From an uncultured Solirubrobacterales bacterium (GTDB taxonomy: Bacteria; Actinomycetota; Thermoleophilia; Solirubrobacterales; 70-9): a DNA stretch of 64,000 nucleotides. Positions 39,463-50,246 of this stretch are shown here, one piece after another (positions within the stretch are counted from its first letter, which is position 1; each line of letters opens with the position of its first letter). The translations under genes were made by a program, and so were the position numbers. Under the pieces are notes generated by a model that saw only the letters and a list, made by a program, of their open reading frames with translations, did not search any database and was not told the DNA's origin. Location of the stretch: the NCBI GenBank assembly GCA_963793415.1, contig CAWCAC010000002.1, positions 2,233,881 to 2,297,880 of the forward strand, given 5' to 3'.

Positions 39463-40589
39463 CGGGCGGCCTCAGCGACCGCCGCGAGGCAGACCTCGAG
39501 CATCAGGTCGAGGGCCTCGCGCGAAACCGACTCGTCCGAGGTGTGGTTCGCCTTGGTCCCGTTCGCCAGCAGCAGCGCGTCGAAGCCGAGCACGCGGAAG
39601 GCGTTGGCGTCGGAGCCGCCGCCGGTAGAGATCTCGACCGGCTCGACGCCACAGGCCTCGAGCGCGGCGCGGCCGATCGCCAGCGCCTTCGAGCTTGGCT
39701 TGACCCGATAGCCGCGGAAGTTCTCGGAGATCTCGATGTCGACGTCACAGCGGTGCTCGCCGGCGGCCCACTGGCAGGCTTCGACCATCGCCATCACGAC
39801 CTCCTCGGCGCGCCCCTGCTCGATGCTGCGGGCCTCGGCTGTGACCCGACAGGAACCGGCGACGACGTTGGGAGCGGTGCCGCCCGAGATCACCCCGACG
39901 TTCGCCGTCGTCTCGGCGTCGAGGCGGCCGAGCTCCATTGCCGCGACCGCGGCCGAGGCGGCCTCGATCGCGCTGTGGCCGGCCTCGGGCCTCATCCCGG
40001 CATGGGCCTCGACGCCGGTGAAGTCGGCGATCAGCTTCTTGTAGGTCGGCGCGGCGGTGATCACCTCGCCGATCGGAGTCGCGTGGTCGAGCACGAAGCC
40101 GGTGTCGGCGCGGAGACTCGAGACGTCGTAGGCGTGCGCCCCTCGCAGACCCTGCTCCTCGGCGACGGTGAACAGCAGCTCGACGCCGGCCGGCGGGCGC
40201 TCGCCCTCGGCCCAGATCGCAGCCATCTCCATCAGCACCGTGACCGCCGCCTTGTTGTCTGCGGCCGAGATCGTGTCCCCGGCACTGACGAAGACCCCGT
40301 CGCGCTCGACGATCTCGATCGGCTCGTCGTGCGGCACGGTGTCGACATGAGCGGCGAACATCGTCCAGCGCTCGTCCTCCGCGGGACCCTCGCCGCCGCC
40401 CGCAGGCGGGATCCGGCAGGTGAGGTTGCCGGCGCCGGCCCGGGCCGGGCCGGCGGCGTCGTCCTCGCTCACCTCCAAGCCCATCTCGCGCAGCTCCGCG
40501 GCGATCGCGTCGCTGATCTCGCGCTCGTTCCCCGTCACGCTCGGGATCGCGCAGAGGCGCTTCATGCGCTCGTACATCCTCTCGCTCAC
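39456..40589 (-). CDS. M20/M25/M40 family metallopeptidase (peptidase T-like)
   Basis: IPSVTGNEREISDAI, AHVDTVP, FTVAEEQGLRGA, and the late GGSDAN motif. Confidence 0.85.
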   Translation of the reverse strand: MSERMYERMKRLCAIPSVTGNEREISDAIAAELREMGLEVSEDDAAGPARAGAGNLTCRIPPAGGGEGPAEDERWTMFAAHVDTVPHDEPIEIVERDGVFVSAGDTISAADNKAAVTVLMEMAAIWAEGERPPAGVELLFTVAEEQGLRGAHAYDVSSLRADTGFVLDHATPIGEVITAAPTYKKLIADFTGVEAHAGMRPEAGHSAIEAASAAVAAMELGRLDAETTANVGVISGGTAPNVVAGSCRVTAEARSIEQGRAEEVVMAMVEACQWAAGEHRCDVDIEISENFRGYRVKPSSKALAIGRAALEACGVEPVEISTGGGSDANAFRVLGFDALLLANGTKANHTSDESVSREALDLMLEVCLAAVAEAARC

Positions 40590-40626
40590 AGCTCTGAATC
40601 TACCTGCGCGGCGCTGTCAGCATTCT

Positions 40627-40645
40627 GTGTCACACTATGTGACAC
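40627..40645. promoter_or_regulatory. perfect 8-3-8 palindrome, candidate TetR operator
   Basis: GTGTCACA-cta-TGTGACAC ends 3 nt before the TetR ATG (40649), in the 59-bp divergent intergenic region shared with the M20 peptidase gene. Confidence 0.55.
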
Positions 40646-40648
40646 GAA

Positions 40649-41260
40649 ATGGCTTCGTCGATAGTGGAGAGCGGCAGCGATCGCCGGCCCCGCGCCTACC
40701 GCATGGGTGACCGTGCCGAGGGCGTGGCGGCAACCCGGGCGCGAATCGTCCAGGCCGCCGTCGCGGGCGGCGACCCGCGCATCTCGCTGGCCGAGGTCGC
40801 CGACCGCGCCGGGGTCTCACCGCGCACGCTCCTGCGCCACTTCGGCGACCGCAACGGGCTCTTCGCGACCGCCCTGGAGACGGCGCTGGAGCGCATCGGG
40901 GCGCAGCGCTTCGCGGTCCCCGCCGGCGACGTCGACGCCGCGGCGGCCAATCTCGTCGAGCACTACGAGGAGCACGGCGACGCCGCGATCGCGAACCTCG
41001 CCCTCGAGGGCAGCGACGAGCGAGTCGACACGGTGCTCGCTCATGGCCGCGAGATGCACCGCCGCTGGGTCGCCGAGAAGCTGATGCCGCTCGTCGAGGC
41101 CGCCCCCGCGAGCGCGCTCGGCCGCCGCAGACAGGCCCAACTCGTCGCCGTCTGCGACGTCTACACCTGGAAGCTGCTGCGCCGCGACTCCGGCCTCGGC
41201 CGGGCCGAGACGACGGCGGCGACGGCGGAGCTGATCCGCGGCGTGATCGGAGGCGAGTGA
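40649..41260 (+). CDS. TetR/AcrR family transcriptional regulator
   Basis: N-terminal HTH (ISLAEVADRAGVSPRTLLRHFGDRNGLF) followed by a helical ligand domain. 203 aa. Confidence 0.85.
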   Translation: MASSIVESGSDRRPRAYRMGDRAEGVAATRARIVQAAVAGGDPRISLAEVADRAGVSPRTLLRHFGDRNGLFATALETALERIGAQRFAVPAGDVDAAAANLVEHYEEHGDAAIANLALEGSDERVDTVLAHGREMHRRWVAEKLMPLVEAAPASALGRRRQAQLVAVCDVYTWKLLRRDSGLGRAETTAATAELIRGVIGGE

Positions 41261-41261
41261 G

Positions 41262-42506
41262 ATGAGCACGATCTACGCGTTCACCAGTCCGGCGCGAGGT
41301 CACCTGTTCCCGCTGACGCCGGTGCTTGCCGAGCTCCGGCGGCGCGGGCATGACGTCTGCGTCTGGACCCTGGCCGACGAGCTCGAGGGCCTGCGCAGGC
41401 TGGGGCTCGAGGCGAGGCCGATCTCGGCTGAGATCGAGGCGCTGCCGGTCGAGGACTGGCGCGTGACGAAGAGCGCGCATGGCGTCCGGGTCTTCCTCGA
41501 GACCCTCCTGGCCCGAGCGCCGCACGACCTCGCCGACTTCGAGGCGGCCATCGCCGCCGGATCGCCCGATCTCGTGATCACCGACATCAACCAGTTCGGC
41601 GCACCGGCGGCCGCGGAGGCGTCCGGAATCCCGTGGGCGACCTTCTCCCCCTACTTCGCCTTCCACCGGGACGACGGCATCCCCGTGTTCGGGCCCGGAC
41701 AGGCGCCGCTCGGCGGGCCGCTCGGCCGGGCGCGCGATGCGCTGCTGTGGAAGCTGGTCTACGCCGACCTCGACCGCCGCTTCCTGGCCCGCGTCAACGA
41801 GATCCGCGGCCGGGCCGGTGCCCGCCCGCTGGCGACCCTGACCGAGATCTGGACCCGAGCGCCGCGCCTGCTCTATATGACCGTGCCCGAGCTCGAGTAC
41901 CCGCGCCCGAACCTGCCTCCGAGCTGGAGCTTCGTCGGCCCCTGCGCCTGGGAGCCTCCCGCGGAGGTTCCCGACTGGCTCGCGGAGATCGACCGACCGC
42001 TCGTACTCGTCACCGCTTCGACCGAGTTCCAGGACGACGCGGAGCTGATCTCGACCGCGCTCGCCGCCCTCGCCGGGGAGGACGTCTTCGTCGTCGCCAC
42101 CACCGCCGGCAACGACCCTGCGGCTTTCACCGCCCCCGGCAACGCGCGCGTCGAGCGCTTCGTCCCGCATTCGCCGCTGCTCGAGCGGGCCGAGGTCGTG
42201 ATCTGCCACGGCGGCATGGGCATCACTCAGAAGGCGCTCGCTGCCGGCGTGCCGGTCTGCACGGTCGGCTGGGGACGCGACCAGCTCGAGTCCGGCAGGC
42301 GGGTCGAGGCGGCCGGGGCCGGCGTGCTGCTGCCGCGCAAGAAGCTCAACCCCGGCTCGCTGCGCGCCGCCTACCGGCAGGCACGGATGCGTCGCGACGG
42401 CGCCATGCGGATCGCGGAGGCGATCGCCGCCGCGCCGGGCCCGGCCGGCGCGGCCGACGAGCTCGAGACGCTGATCGGCGACTCGGTCTCCGGGCCCTAC
42501 ACCTAG
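41262..42506 (+). CDS. glycosyltransferase, MGT/UDP-glycosyltransferase (GT1) family
   Basis: MSTIYAFTSPARGHLFPLTPVLAELRRRGHDV N-terminus and C-terminal ICHGGMGITQKALAAGVPVCTV motif. The ATG is 1 nt after the TetR stop. Confidence 0.8.
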   Translation: MSTIYAFTSPARGHLFPLTPVLAELRRRGHDVCVWTLADELEGLRRLGLEARPISAEIEALPVEDWRVTKSAHGVRVFLETLLARAPHDLADFEAAIAAGSPDLVITDINQFGAPAAAEASGIPWATFSPYFAFHRDDGIPVFGPGQAPLGGPLGRARDALLWKLVYADLDRRFLARVNEIRGRAGARPLATLTEIWTRAPRLLYMTVPELEYPRPNLPPSWSFVGPCAWEPPAEVPDWLAEIDRPLVLVTASTEFQDDAELISTALAALAGEDVFVVATTAGNDPAAFTAPGNARVERFVPHSPLLERAEVVICHGGMGITQKALAAGVPVCTVGWGRDQLESGRRVEAAGAGVLLPRKKLNPGSLRAAYRQARMRRDGAMRIAEAIAAAPGPAGAADELETLIGDSVSGPYT

Positions 42507-42985
42507 CGCTCGATCACCCGGCGCCCGCGCGCCGCCGTCCAGGAATCGACGATCAGCGAGTCCCGGGCCTCGTTGAGGCCGGTCCAGACGAGCTCGGAGA
42601 TCTCGAGCCGGAACAGGTGCATGTCGTCGAGCCGGCGCTCCGGCTCGCCGTCGCCGGACGGGTAGACGCGGTCGAGCACAGCCTGCTCTTGGATCTCCTC
42701 AGCCGCGCCGGCGATCTTCGCGTCGCCCTGCCACGCCTCCGGCTCGTCGGAGCCGCTGTGCAGGGCGTATCGGGGATCGCGCCGCAGATCGAGCGCCTTG
42801 ACCGCTCGCATCATGCTCCCGATCCAGACGTCGCCCTCGGCGAAGCGGATTTCGATGCCGCTGATCCGCGGCGAGCCGTCGCGGCGCAGGGTGGCGATCG
42901 TCTTGTGCACGTGCGCGTCGAACGCGGCCCGCGCCCGCTCGGCCAGGTCCGGCTCGGCCGCGAGGACTTCCTGCCAGCGGGCCAT
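42503..42985 (-). CDS. pyridoxamine 5'-phosphate oxidase family (split beta-barrel) protein
   Basis: 160 aa. HKTIATLRRDGSPRISGIEIRFAEGDVWIGSMMRAVKALDLRRDPRYALH is the PPOX-like pattern. Confidence 0.7.
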   Translation of the reverse strand: MARWQEVLAAEPDLAERARAAFDAHVHKTIATLRRDGSPRISGIEIRFAEGDVWIGSMMRAVKALDLRRDPRYALHSGSDEPEAWQGDAKIAGAAEEIQEQAVLDRVYPSGDGEPERRLDDMHLFRLEISELVWTGLNEARDSLIVDSWTAARGRRVIER

Positions 42986-43021
42986 TACCTCGAGGTTCCG
43001 GGCTTCGGGCTCCGGGCTCGG

Positions 43022-44737
<1,716 letters not shown>

Positions 44738-44849
44738 CAGCCGCAAGCGAGTGTAGCCCGGCCCGGGACGGAACCGGCAGGGCTCGGACCCGGAAATTGC
44801 GGGGAAGACGCGATTTCCGGCGCCGTCCGCCAGCGGGTAGTTTGCGCGC

Positions 44850-45335
44850 ATGAGCGATTCCGAGAAGACGAGCACGACGATCGACGGCGGATGCATGTGC
44901 GGCGGTGTCCGCTGGGAGTTGAGCGAGAGGCCGCTCGGCGCCGGCTGCTGCCACTGCAAGCGCTGCCAGCGGCGGACCGGCACGGCCTTCTCGCTGACCG
45001 CGCTGACGGTGCCCGGCTCGTTCAGCCTGATCGAGGGCGAGGAACTGCTCAGATCCTGGTCGGCGGGCGACGGCTGGACGAAGCACTTCTGCGGCCAGTG
45101 CGGCTCGCAGGTGATGACCACGAACCCCGAGGACCCGGACGCCATCGCGCTGCGACTGGGCGGCTTCGACGAGGACCCGGAGGTCGAGGTCTTCTTCCAC
45201 CAGTACACCGACTACGCCCCGGCCTGGGCGCCCGTCGCCGACGACGGCCTCCCCCGCTACCCCGAGCGCATCGACACCTCCTACGCGGAGGCCGCCAACG
45301 AGGCCGGCCGCAAGGCGGCCGAGGGCGGCAGCTAA
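44850..45335 (+). CDS. GFA (glutathione-dependent formaldehyde-activating/CENP-V) family protein
   Basis: Zn-Cys motifs GGCMCGGVRW, CCHCKRCQRRTG, FCGQCGS. Confidence 0.85.
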   Translation: MSDSEKTSTTIDGGCMCGGVRWELSERPLGAGCCHCKRCQRRTGTAFSLTALTVPGSFSLIEGEELLRSWSAGDGWTKHFCGQCGSQVMTTNPEDPDAIALRLGGFDEDPEVEVFFHQYTDYAPAWAPVADDGLPRYPERIDTSYAEAANEAGRKAAEGGS

Positions 45336-45380
45336 CCCCCATGAACAAGTCGAACGTCCGTGAGACCTACCTATAGGGGC

Positions 45381-45464
45381 AGCTGAGGGACGTTCGGGTT
45401 GAGCTGAGGGACGTTCCGGTTGAGCTGAGGGACGTTCGGGTTGAGCTGAGGGACGTTGGGGTTG
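45381..45464. repeat. 21-bp tandem repeat x4 (AGCTGAGGGACGTTCGGGTTG)
   Basis: Units at 45381, 45402, 45423 and 45444 with 0-2 substitutions each. The repeat lies in the convergent intergenic region between the GFA stop (45335) and the stop of the minus-strand GT4-like gene (45476). Confidence 0.95.
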
Positions 45465-45475
45465 GCGGGAGATCG

Positions 45476-46321
45476 CTACGGCTCGCGGACTCGGCCGAGC
45501 CGGTCTATGTCCCGGAGGACCGGCAGGCGCTCGATCGCCGCCGAGATCGAGCGAAACTCGCCGTAGGCGGTGAGAGCGACGACGACCGCGAGCGCGACGA
45601 GGCGCGCGTCCTCGCCCAGCGTGACCAGCAGCGAGACCCCGGCGAGGGCGCCGACCAGGTTGGCGCCGGCGTCGCCGAGCATCGCCTTCTCGCGCAGCGT
45701 CAGCGCCGCGCCGACGATCGCCGGCCCGATGAAGACGCCAAGCAATTCGACCGGATAGAGGGTCCAGGCGCCAAGGCAGAGACCGGCGAGCAGGATCACG
45801 AACGCCTTCTCGACCCGGCCCGGCCGCAGGTCGAACAGGTTGAAGAGGTTGGTCGCCAGCAGCAGCAGGGCGAGGTCGACGAGGTAACCGGGCCACTCGC
45901 GCCCCAGCCCCGAGACCGCGAAGGCGGCGAGCCCGAAGGCACCGACGGCCTTGATCGCACCGGTCGAGAGTCGCCCGGAGGCGACTGCGCGCGCGTGCCC
46001 TCTCCAGCCCCGGTGGGTGTCGCCCTCGTGGCCGCGGCCGAGCATGTCGTCGAGCAGGCCGAGGAAGGCGACGCCGATCACGAAGCCGAGCCAGCGCCCC
46101 AGGCCAGGGTCGAGCAGGTCGAGGTCGGCGCGGTCGTCGAGCACGGCGAGCGGCACCAGCGCGATCAGCGAGACGGAGACGAGCAGCGCCCCGAGCGGGA
46201 ACGCGAGCCGGGCGCCGCGGAAGTTCTCGCGCAGCAGGCCGGTGGCGACCATGTCGTCCGACCAGCGCGGCAGCAGCAGGGCCGCGAGGCCGGCGGAGAG
46301 GAAGATCGCGATCAGCTCCAT
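45476..46321 (-). CDS. polytopic membrane protein, glycosyltransferase family 4 (MraY/WecA-like)
   Basis: 281 aa, multi-TM, with motifs LGLLDDMLG, ATNLFNLFDLRPG and MLGDAGANLVGA resembling the GT4 signature motifs. Confidence 0.6.
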   Translation of the reverse strand: MELIAIFLSAGLAALLLPRWSDDMVATGLLRENFRGARLAFPLGALLVSVSLIALVPLAVLDDRADLDLLDPGLGRWLGFVIGVAFLGLLDDMLGRGHEGDTHRGWRGHARAVASGRLSTGAIKAVGAFGLAAFAVSGLGREWPGYLVDLALLLLATNLFNLFDLRPGRVEKAFVILLAGLCLGAWTLYPVELLGVFIGPAIVGAALTLREKAMLGDAGANLVGALAGVSLLVTLGEDARLVALAVVVALTAYGEFRSISAAIERLPVLRDIDRLGRVREP

Positions 46322-46330
46322 CGGAACGGA

Positions 46331-47200
46331 TCAGGGACCGGTGGAGGCGCCGAGCAGGTCCGGGACGAGTCCGTCTGCGCCCTCCTTGACCCCGAAGTCG
46401 CCATCGGCGCCGCGCAGCGCGAAGACGATCGCGACCTGACCCGCGAGCAGGTCGGCATCGTCGACCGTGGCGACGCCGACCCTGCTTGCCCCCGCGAGGG
46501 TCGTCGGATCGGTCTCGGTCCGCTCGGCCGCGACCGTGCCGATCGCCTCGGCCTCGATCCCGGACATCAGGCCCTCGTAGAAGTCCTCGGTCTGATCGAG
46601 CTCGGCGCCCTCGAGGTCCTCGAGGTCGGTCGGCAGAATCACCACCCGGTCGACGTTCTCGAGATCGCCGCTGAAGCGGGAGAAGAGCTCGGTCCTGACG
46701 TTCTCGACGAGGCGGCTGCCGCCGGGGATGCCGGCGCCGACGTCCTCGCCGAGCCGGTCGAGCGGCGCGCCGCCGCGCCTGGCGCCTGCGTAACGCGGGC
46801 CGGCGGCGTCGGCGAGCGCCTCGGGATCGACCGGAGCCGCGATCACCGCCTTCGCCGCGACCTCGGCCCCGGTCGGGGCTAGAGCCTCCTCGACGTCGGC
46901 GACGGTCTCCTCGTCGAGGTCGCCGAGCCCGATGATCGCCACCGACGAGCCGGAGAGGCGTTCGCCGACCAGCGCCGGGTAGACCTTGCTGCCGAACTGC
47001 CGCTCGCGCTCGAGCGACGCCTCCGCCTCCTCGGCTCTCGACTCGGCCGCCTCGAGATCGCTCCGAAGGCTGTCAACGAGCTCTTCGTCGGCGGCGGAGA
47101 CGACGTCGTCGGCGAGTCCGACCCCGATCACGATCCCGATCGCGAGCGCGATGAAAACCGCCACAAGTGACGCGGCGTGGTATCTCCCGCTGTAGCCCAT
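46331..47200 (-). CDS. copper transporter MctB-like (DUF3186) protein, SteB-position partner of SteA
   Basis: N-terminal MGYSGRYHAASLVAVFIALAIGIVIGVGL TM anchor, a coiled coil (LRSDLEAAESRAEEAEASLERERQF) and a globular domain. Sits directly downstream of steA. Confidence 0.65.
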   Translation of the reverse strand: MGYSGRYHAASLVAVFIALAIGIVIGVGLADDVVSAADEELVDSLRSDLEAAESRAEEAEASLERERQFGSKVYPALVGERLSGSSVAIIGLGDLDEETVADVEEALAPTGAEVAAKAVIAAPVDPEALADAAGPRYAGARRGGAPLDRLGEDVGAGIPGGSRLVENVRTELFSRFSGDLENVDRVVILPTDLEDLEGAELDQTEDFYEGLMSGIEAEAIGTVAAERTETDPTTLAGASRVGVATVDDADLLAGQVAIVFALRGADGDFGVKEGADGLVPDLLGASTGP

Positions 47201-47233
47201 CGACGAGGAATGTACCCGGCGCCCGCCCCGTCC

Positions 47234-48448
47234 CTACCAGCCGAAGACGTGACGGATCTTGAGCCAGAGCAGCTCGGTGACGTTGTCCAGCCCGGGCGAG
47301 GCGGCGGCGACGATCACGAGCAGAAGCAGGAAGGCGACCGCGAACATCGCGATTCCGGACTTGCCGAGACCGGGCTGGTAGAGGCGGCTGACCCCCTTGG
47401 CGTCGACCAGCGTCTCGCCCACCCGCAGCCTCGTCAGGAAGGTCGATGACATGCCCGCCCGGTTCTTGTCGAGGAACTCGGTCAGGTTGAAGTGGGCGCC
47501 GACGGTGACGATCAGCCGCGCCCCACGCTCATGCGCGAGCAGCATCGCGACGTCCTGGCTGGTGCCCGCGGCCGGCACGAGCAGGTGGTCGACGCCAAGC
47601 TTCTCGAGCCGCTCGTGCCCCGGCGCGCGGCCGTCGGGGTAGGCGTGGACGATCAGCTCGGCCTTCGAGCGCAGCGCCGCGTCGGTCGCGGAATCCATGT
47701 CGCCGAGGATCACGTTCGGCTTGAAGCCCGCTTCGAGCACGGCGTCGGCGCCACCGTCTACGGCGACGATCAGCGGCCGCACGTCGCGGATGTAGGCGCC
47801 GAGGGCGGCAAGGTCCTCGCGGTAGTCGGGCCCGCGCACGACGATCAGGACGTGGCGGTCGCGGAAGTCGGTCTGCACGGCGGGGAAGTCGATGTCGCCG
47901 GAGAGCAGCTCGCTCTCCTCGCGCACGTGCTCGATCGTGTTCGTCGCGAAGTCGGCGAGAGCGCGGTCGATCAGCTCGCGCTGGGTATCGAGCCGCTCGG
48001 CCGTCTGCTCGAGGGTGAGCCGCTCCCCGATCGCGATCCGCTCGTCGTCGCGCAGCAGCCGGTCGCCGTCGACCTCGATCCGCTCGCCATCCTCGAGCAG
48101 GTCGAACAGGTCGGGACCGGCGACGTCGATCAGAGGAACGCCGGCGCGGGCGAGGAGCAGCGGTCCGACATTCGGGTAGCGCCCGGTCGAGCTCGGCGAG
48201 TTGTTGAGCACCGCGACGACCCCGGAGGCGGCGAGGTCCTCGGCCGCGATCCGGTCGAGGTTCGCGTGGTCGATCACGGCGATCTCGTCCGCCGCGAGCT
48301 TCTTGACGAGGTCCTTGGTCCGCTTGCCGAGCCGCACGCGGCCGCTGAAGCGCACCGCGCCGTGCGCGGTCGGCGACGCCGTCTTCTCCCTGCGAACCGA
48401 TCGGAGACGCCCTGAGGTTGGGGTCTTCACGCCCTTGATTATGCGCAA
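47234..48448 (-). CDS. steA: putative cytokinetic ring protein SteA
   Basis: GRVRLGKRTKDLVKKLAADEIAVIDHANLDRIAAEDL, a thiamine-pyrophosphokinase-like middle region (VAVDGGAD ... ILGDMDS) and a C-terminal TM helix. Confidence 0.8.
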   Translation of the reverse strand: MRIIKGVKTPTSGRLRSVRREKTASPTAHGAVRFSGRVRLGKRTKDLVKKLAADEIAVIDHANLDRIAAEDLAASGVVAVLNNSPSSTGRYPNVGPLLLARAGVPLIDVAGPDLFDLLEDGERIEVDGDRLLRDDERIAIGERLTLEQTAERLDTQRELIDRALADFATNTIEHVREESELLSGDIDFPAVQTDFRDRHVLIVVRGPDYREDLAALGAYIRDVRPLIVAVDGGADAVLEAGFKPNVILGDMDSATDAALRSKAELIVHAYPDGRAPGHERLEKLGVDHLLVPAAGTSQDVAMLLAHERGARLIVTVGAHFNLTEFLDKNRAGMSSTFLTRLRVGETLVDAKGVSRLYQPGLGKSGIAMFAVAFLLLLVIVAAASPGLDNVTELLWLKIRHVFGW

Positions 48449-48484
48449 TGAGCGGACGGCCGGGGTGGGCCCGGAAGCCCGCGA

Positions 48485-50170
48485 TCAGGCTGCGAGCAAC
48501 TCCCGGGCATGCTTGTCGGCCGCTTCGTCGCTGCCCTCGGCGCCGAGCATGCGGACGATCTCGCCCACCAGCTCCTCACCTTCGACCCGCTCGACGCGCG
48601 CGACGGTGCCCTCGCCGGCGGCCGACTTCTCGACCGTGAAGTGAGCGCTGGCGAGCGATGCGACCTGAGGCAGGTGCGTGATGCAGATCAGCTGGCGCTC
48701 CGCTCCGAGCGCCCGCAGCCGCTCGCCAACCCGGCGAGCGACCTTGCCGCCGATACCGGCGTCGATCTCGTCGAAGACCATCGTCTCGACAGCGGCGCCG
48801 GGGCCGAGGCCGGCCAGCGCCAGCATCACCCGCGAGAGCTCGCCGCCGGATGCGGTCTCACCGAGCGGCGCCAGCGGCATCCCCGGGTTGGTCGCGACTC
48901 GCAGCTCGACCAGCTCCGCGCCGGAGGCCCCGAAGCCGTCCGGATGCGGCTCGAGGCCGACCTCGAGCCGGGCACCGTCCATCGCCAGCTGACCGAGCTC
49001 GGCGACGACGTCGGCCTCGAGCTTCGGGGCAGCGGCCGCTCGCGAGGCGGTCAGCTCGGCCGCGAGCCCGGCGCGCTCTCGCCGAGCAGCCTCGACCGTG
49101 TCGGCGAGCTGGCCGAGGCGCTCCTCGGTGCGGTCGAGGCGCTCGATCTCCTCCGCGCAACTGCGGGCGTGCTCGAGGACGGACTCGATCGTGCCGCCGT
49201 GCTTGCGAAGCAGCCGGTCGAGGCCGTCGAGCCTGGACTCGACGAGCTCGAGCCGCTCGGGATCCGCCTCGAGGCCCTCGAGGACGGATCGCAGCTCGCC
49301 GGTCAGATCGGCAAGCTCGACCGAGAGCGCCGCCGAGCGGTCGGCGAGCGAGGCGAGCTCGACGTCGACGTCGCGGCTGCGGACCAGCGCCGCCTCGGCG
49401 ATCGCGACGGCCGAGCCGGCCCCTCCCTCCCCGTCGGCGCCGCCCAGCGCGGCGAGCGCCTCCGCGAGGCCCTCGCGCAGGCCTTCGAAACCACGCAGCC
49501 GGTTGCGCTCGGCGACCAGGCCCTCGTACTCAGAGGGCTCGGGGCCGAGCTCCTCGATCTCGGCGAGCTCGAAGCGCAGCAGGTCGAGGTCGCGCTCGCG
49601 GGCCCCCTCCCGCTCGCGCAGCTCGGCGAGCTCGCGCTCGGCGGCGCCGACGGCGCGGTGAGCCTCGGCGTAAGAGTCGCGCAGCTCGAGGTGGGTCTCG
49701 CCGGCGTAGGAGTCGAGGATCTCACCCTGAACCGAGGTCAGCGTCAGTTTGCGGTGCTCGTGCTGGCCGTAGAAGGCGAGCAGGCGGGAACCGACGACCC
49801 GTAGGTCCGAGGCTGCGGCGGCGCGGCCGCCGAGGAACGCCGTCGAGCGGCCGGCGGCGGAGACGCGGCGGGCGAGCACGATCTCGGTGGCGTCGTCGGG
49901 GAGCCGCTCGAGCAGCTCCGCCAGTTCGGGATCCTCGCGCAACCCCGGATCCAAATCGAAGGCGCCCTCGACCCAGGCCTCCGTGGCTCCGGGGCGGACG
50001 ATGCCGCTGCGCGGGCGGCCGCCGAGCAGCAGGTCGAGCGAGTGCGCGAGCACGGTCTTGCCCGCGCCCGTCTCGCCCGTGATCGCGTTCAGGCCGGCCT
50101 CGAAGCGCAGCTCCGCACGCTCGATCAGGAGCAGGTTCTCGATCCTCAGCTCGCGCAACATCTCCCGCAC
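48485..50170 (-). CDS. recN: DNA repair protein RecN
   Basis: LRIENLLLIERAELRFEAGLNAITGETGAGKT (Walker A), a long coiled coil, and C-terminal SGGELSRVMLAL / MVFDEIDAGIGG motifs. Confidence 0.95.
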   Translation of the reverse strand: MREMLRELRIENLLLIERAELRFEAGLNAITGETGAGKTVLAHSLDLLLGGRPRSGIVRPGATEAWVEGAFDLDPGLREDPELAELLERLPDDATEIVLARRVSAAGRSTAFLGGRAAAASDLRVVGSRLLAFYGQHEHRKLTLTSVQGEILDSYAGETHLELRDSYAEAHRAVGAAERELAELREREGARERDLDLLRFELAEIEELGPEPSEYEGLVAERNRLRGFEGLREGLAEALAALGGADGEGGAGSAVAIAEAALVRSRDVDVELASLADRSAALSVELADLTGELRSVLEGLEADPERLELVESRLDGLDRLLRKHGGTIESVLEHARSCAEEIERLDRTEERLGQLADTVEAARRERAGLAAELTASRAAAAPKLEADVVAELGQLAMDGARLEVGLEPHPDGFGASGAELVELRVATNPGMPLAPLGETASGGELSRVMLALAGLGPGAAVETMVFDEIDAGIGGKVARRVGERLRALGAERQLICITHLPQVASLASAHFTVEKSAAGEGTVARVERVEGEELVGEIVRMLGAEGSDEAADKHARELLAA

Positions 50171-50246
50171 TGATTAGCAGCGGGCACCGACGGATCCGCC
50201 TCGCCGCACCTGCTCAAGCAGGGCCGATTCGGGCCCTCTGCAGGGC

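Noticed and set aside
45381-45464. Possible CRISPR array
   Set aside because: The 21-bp units are directly contiguous with no spacers. There are only 4 units, no cas genes in the window, and the unit is too short for a CRISPR repeat.
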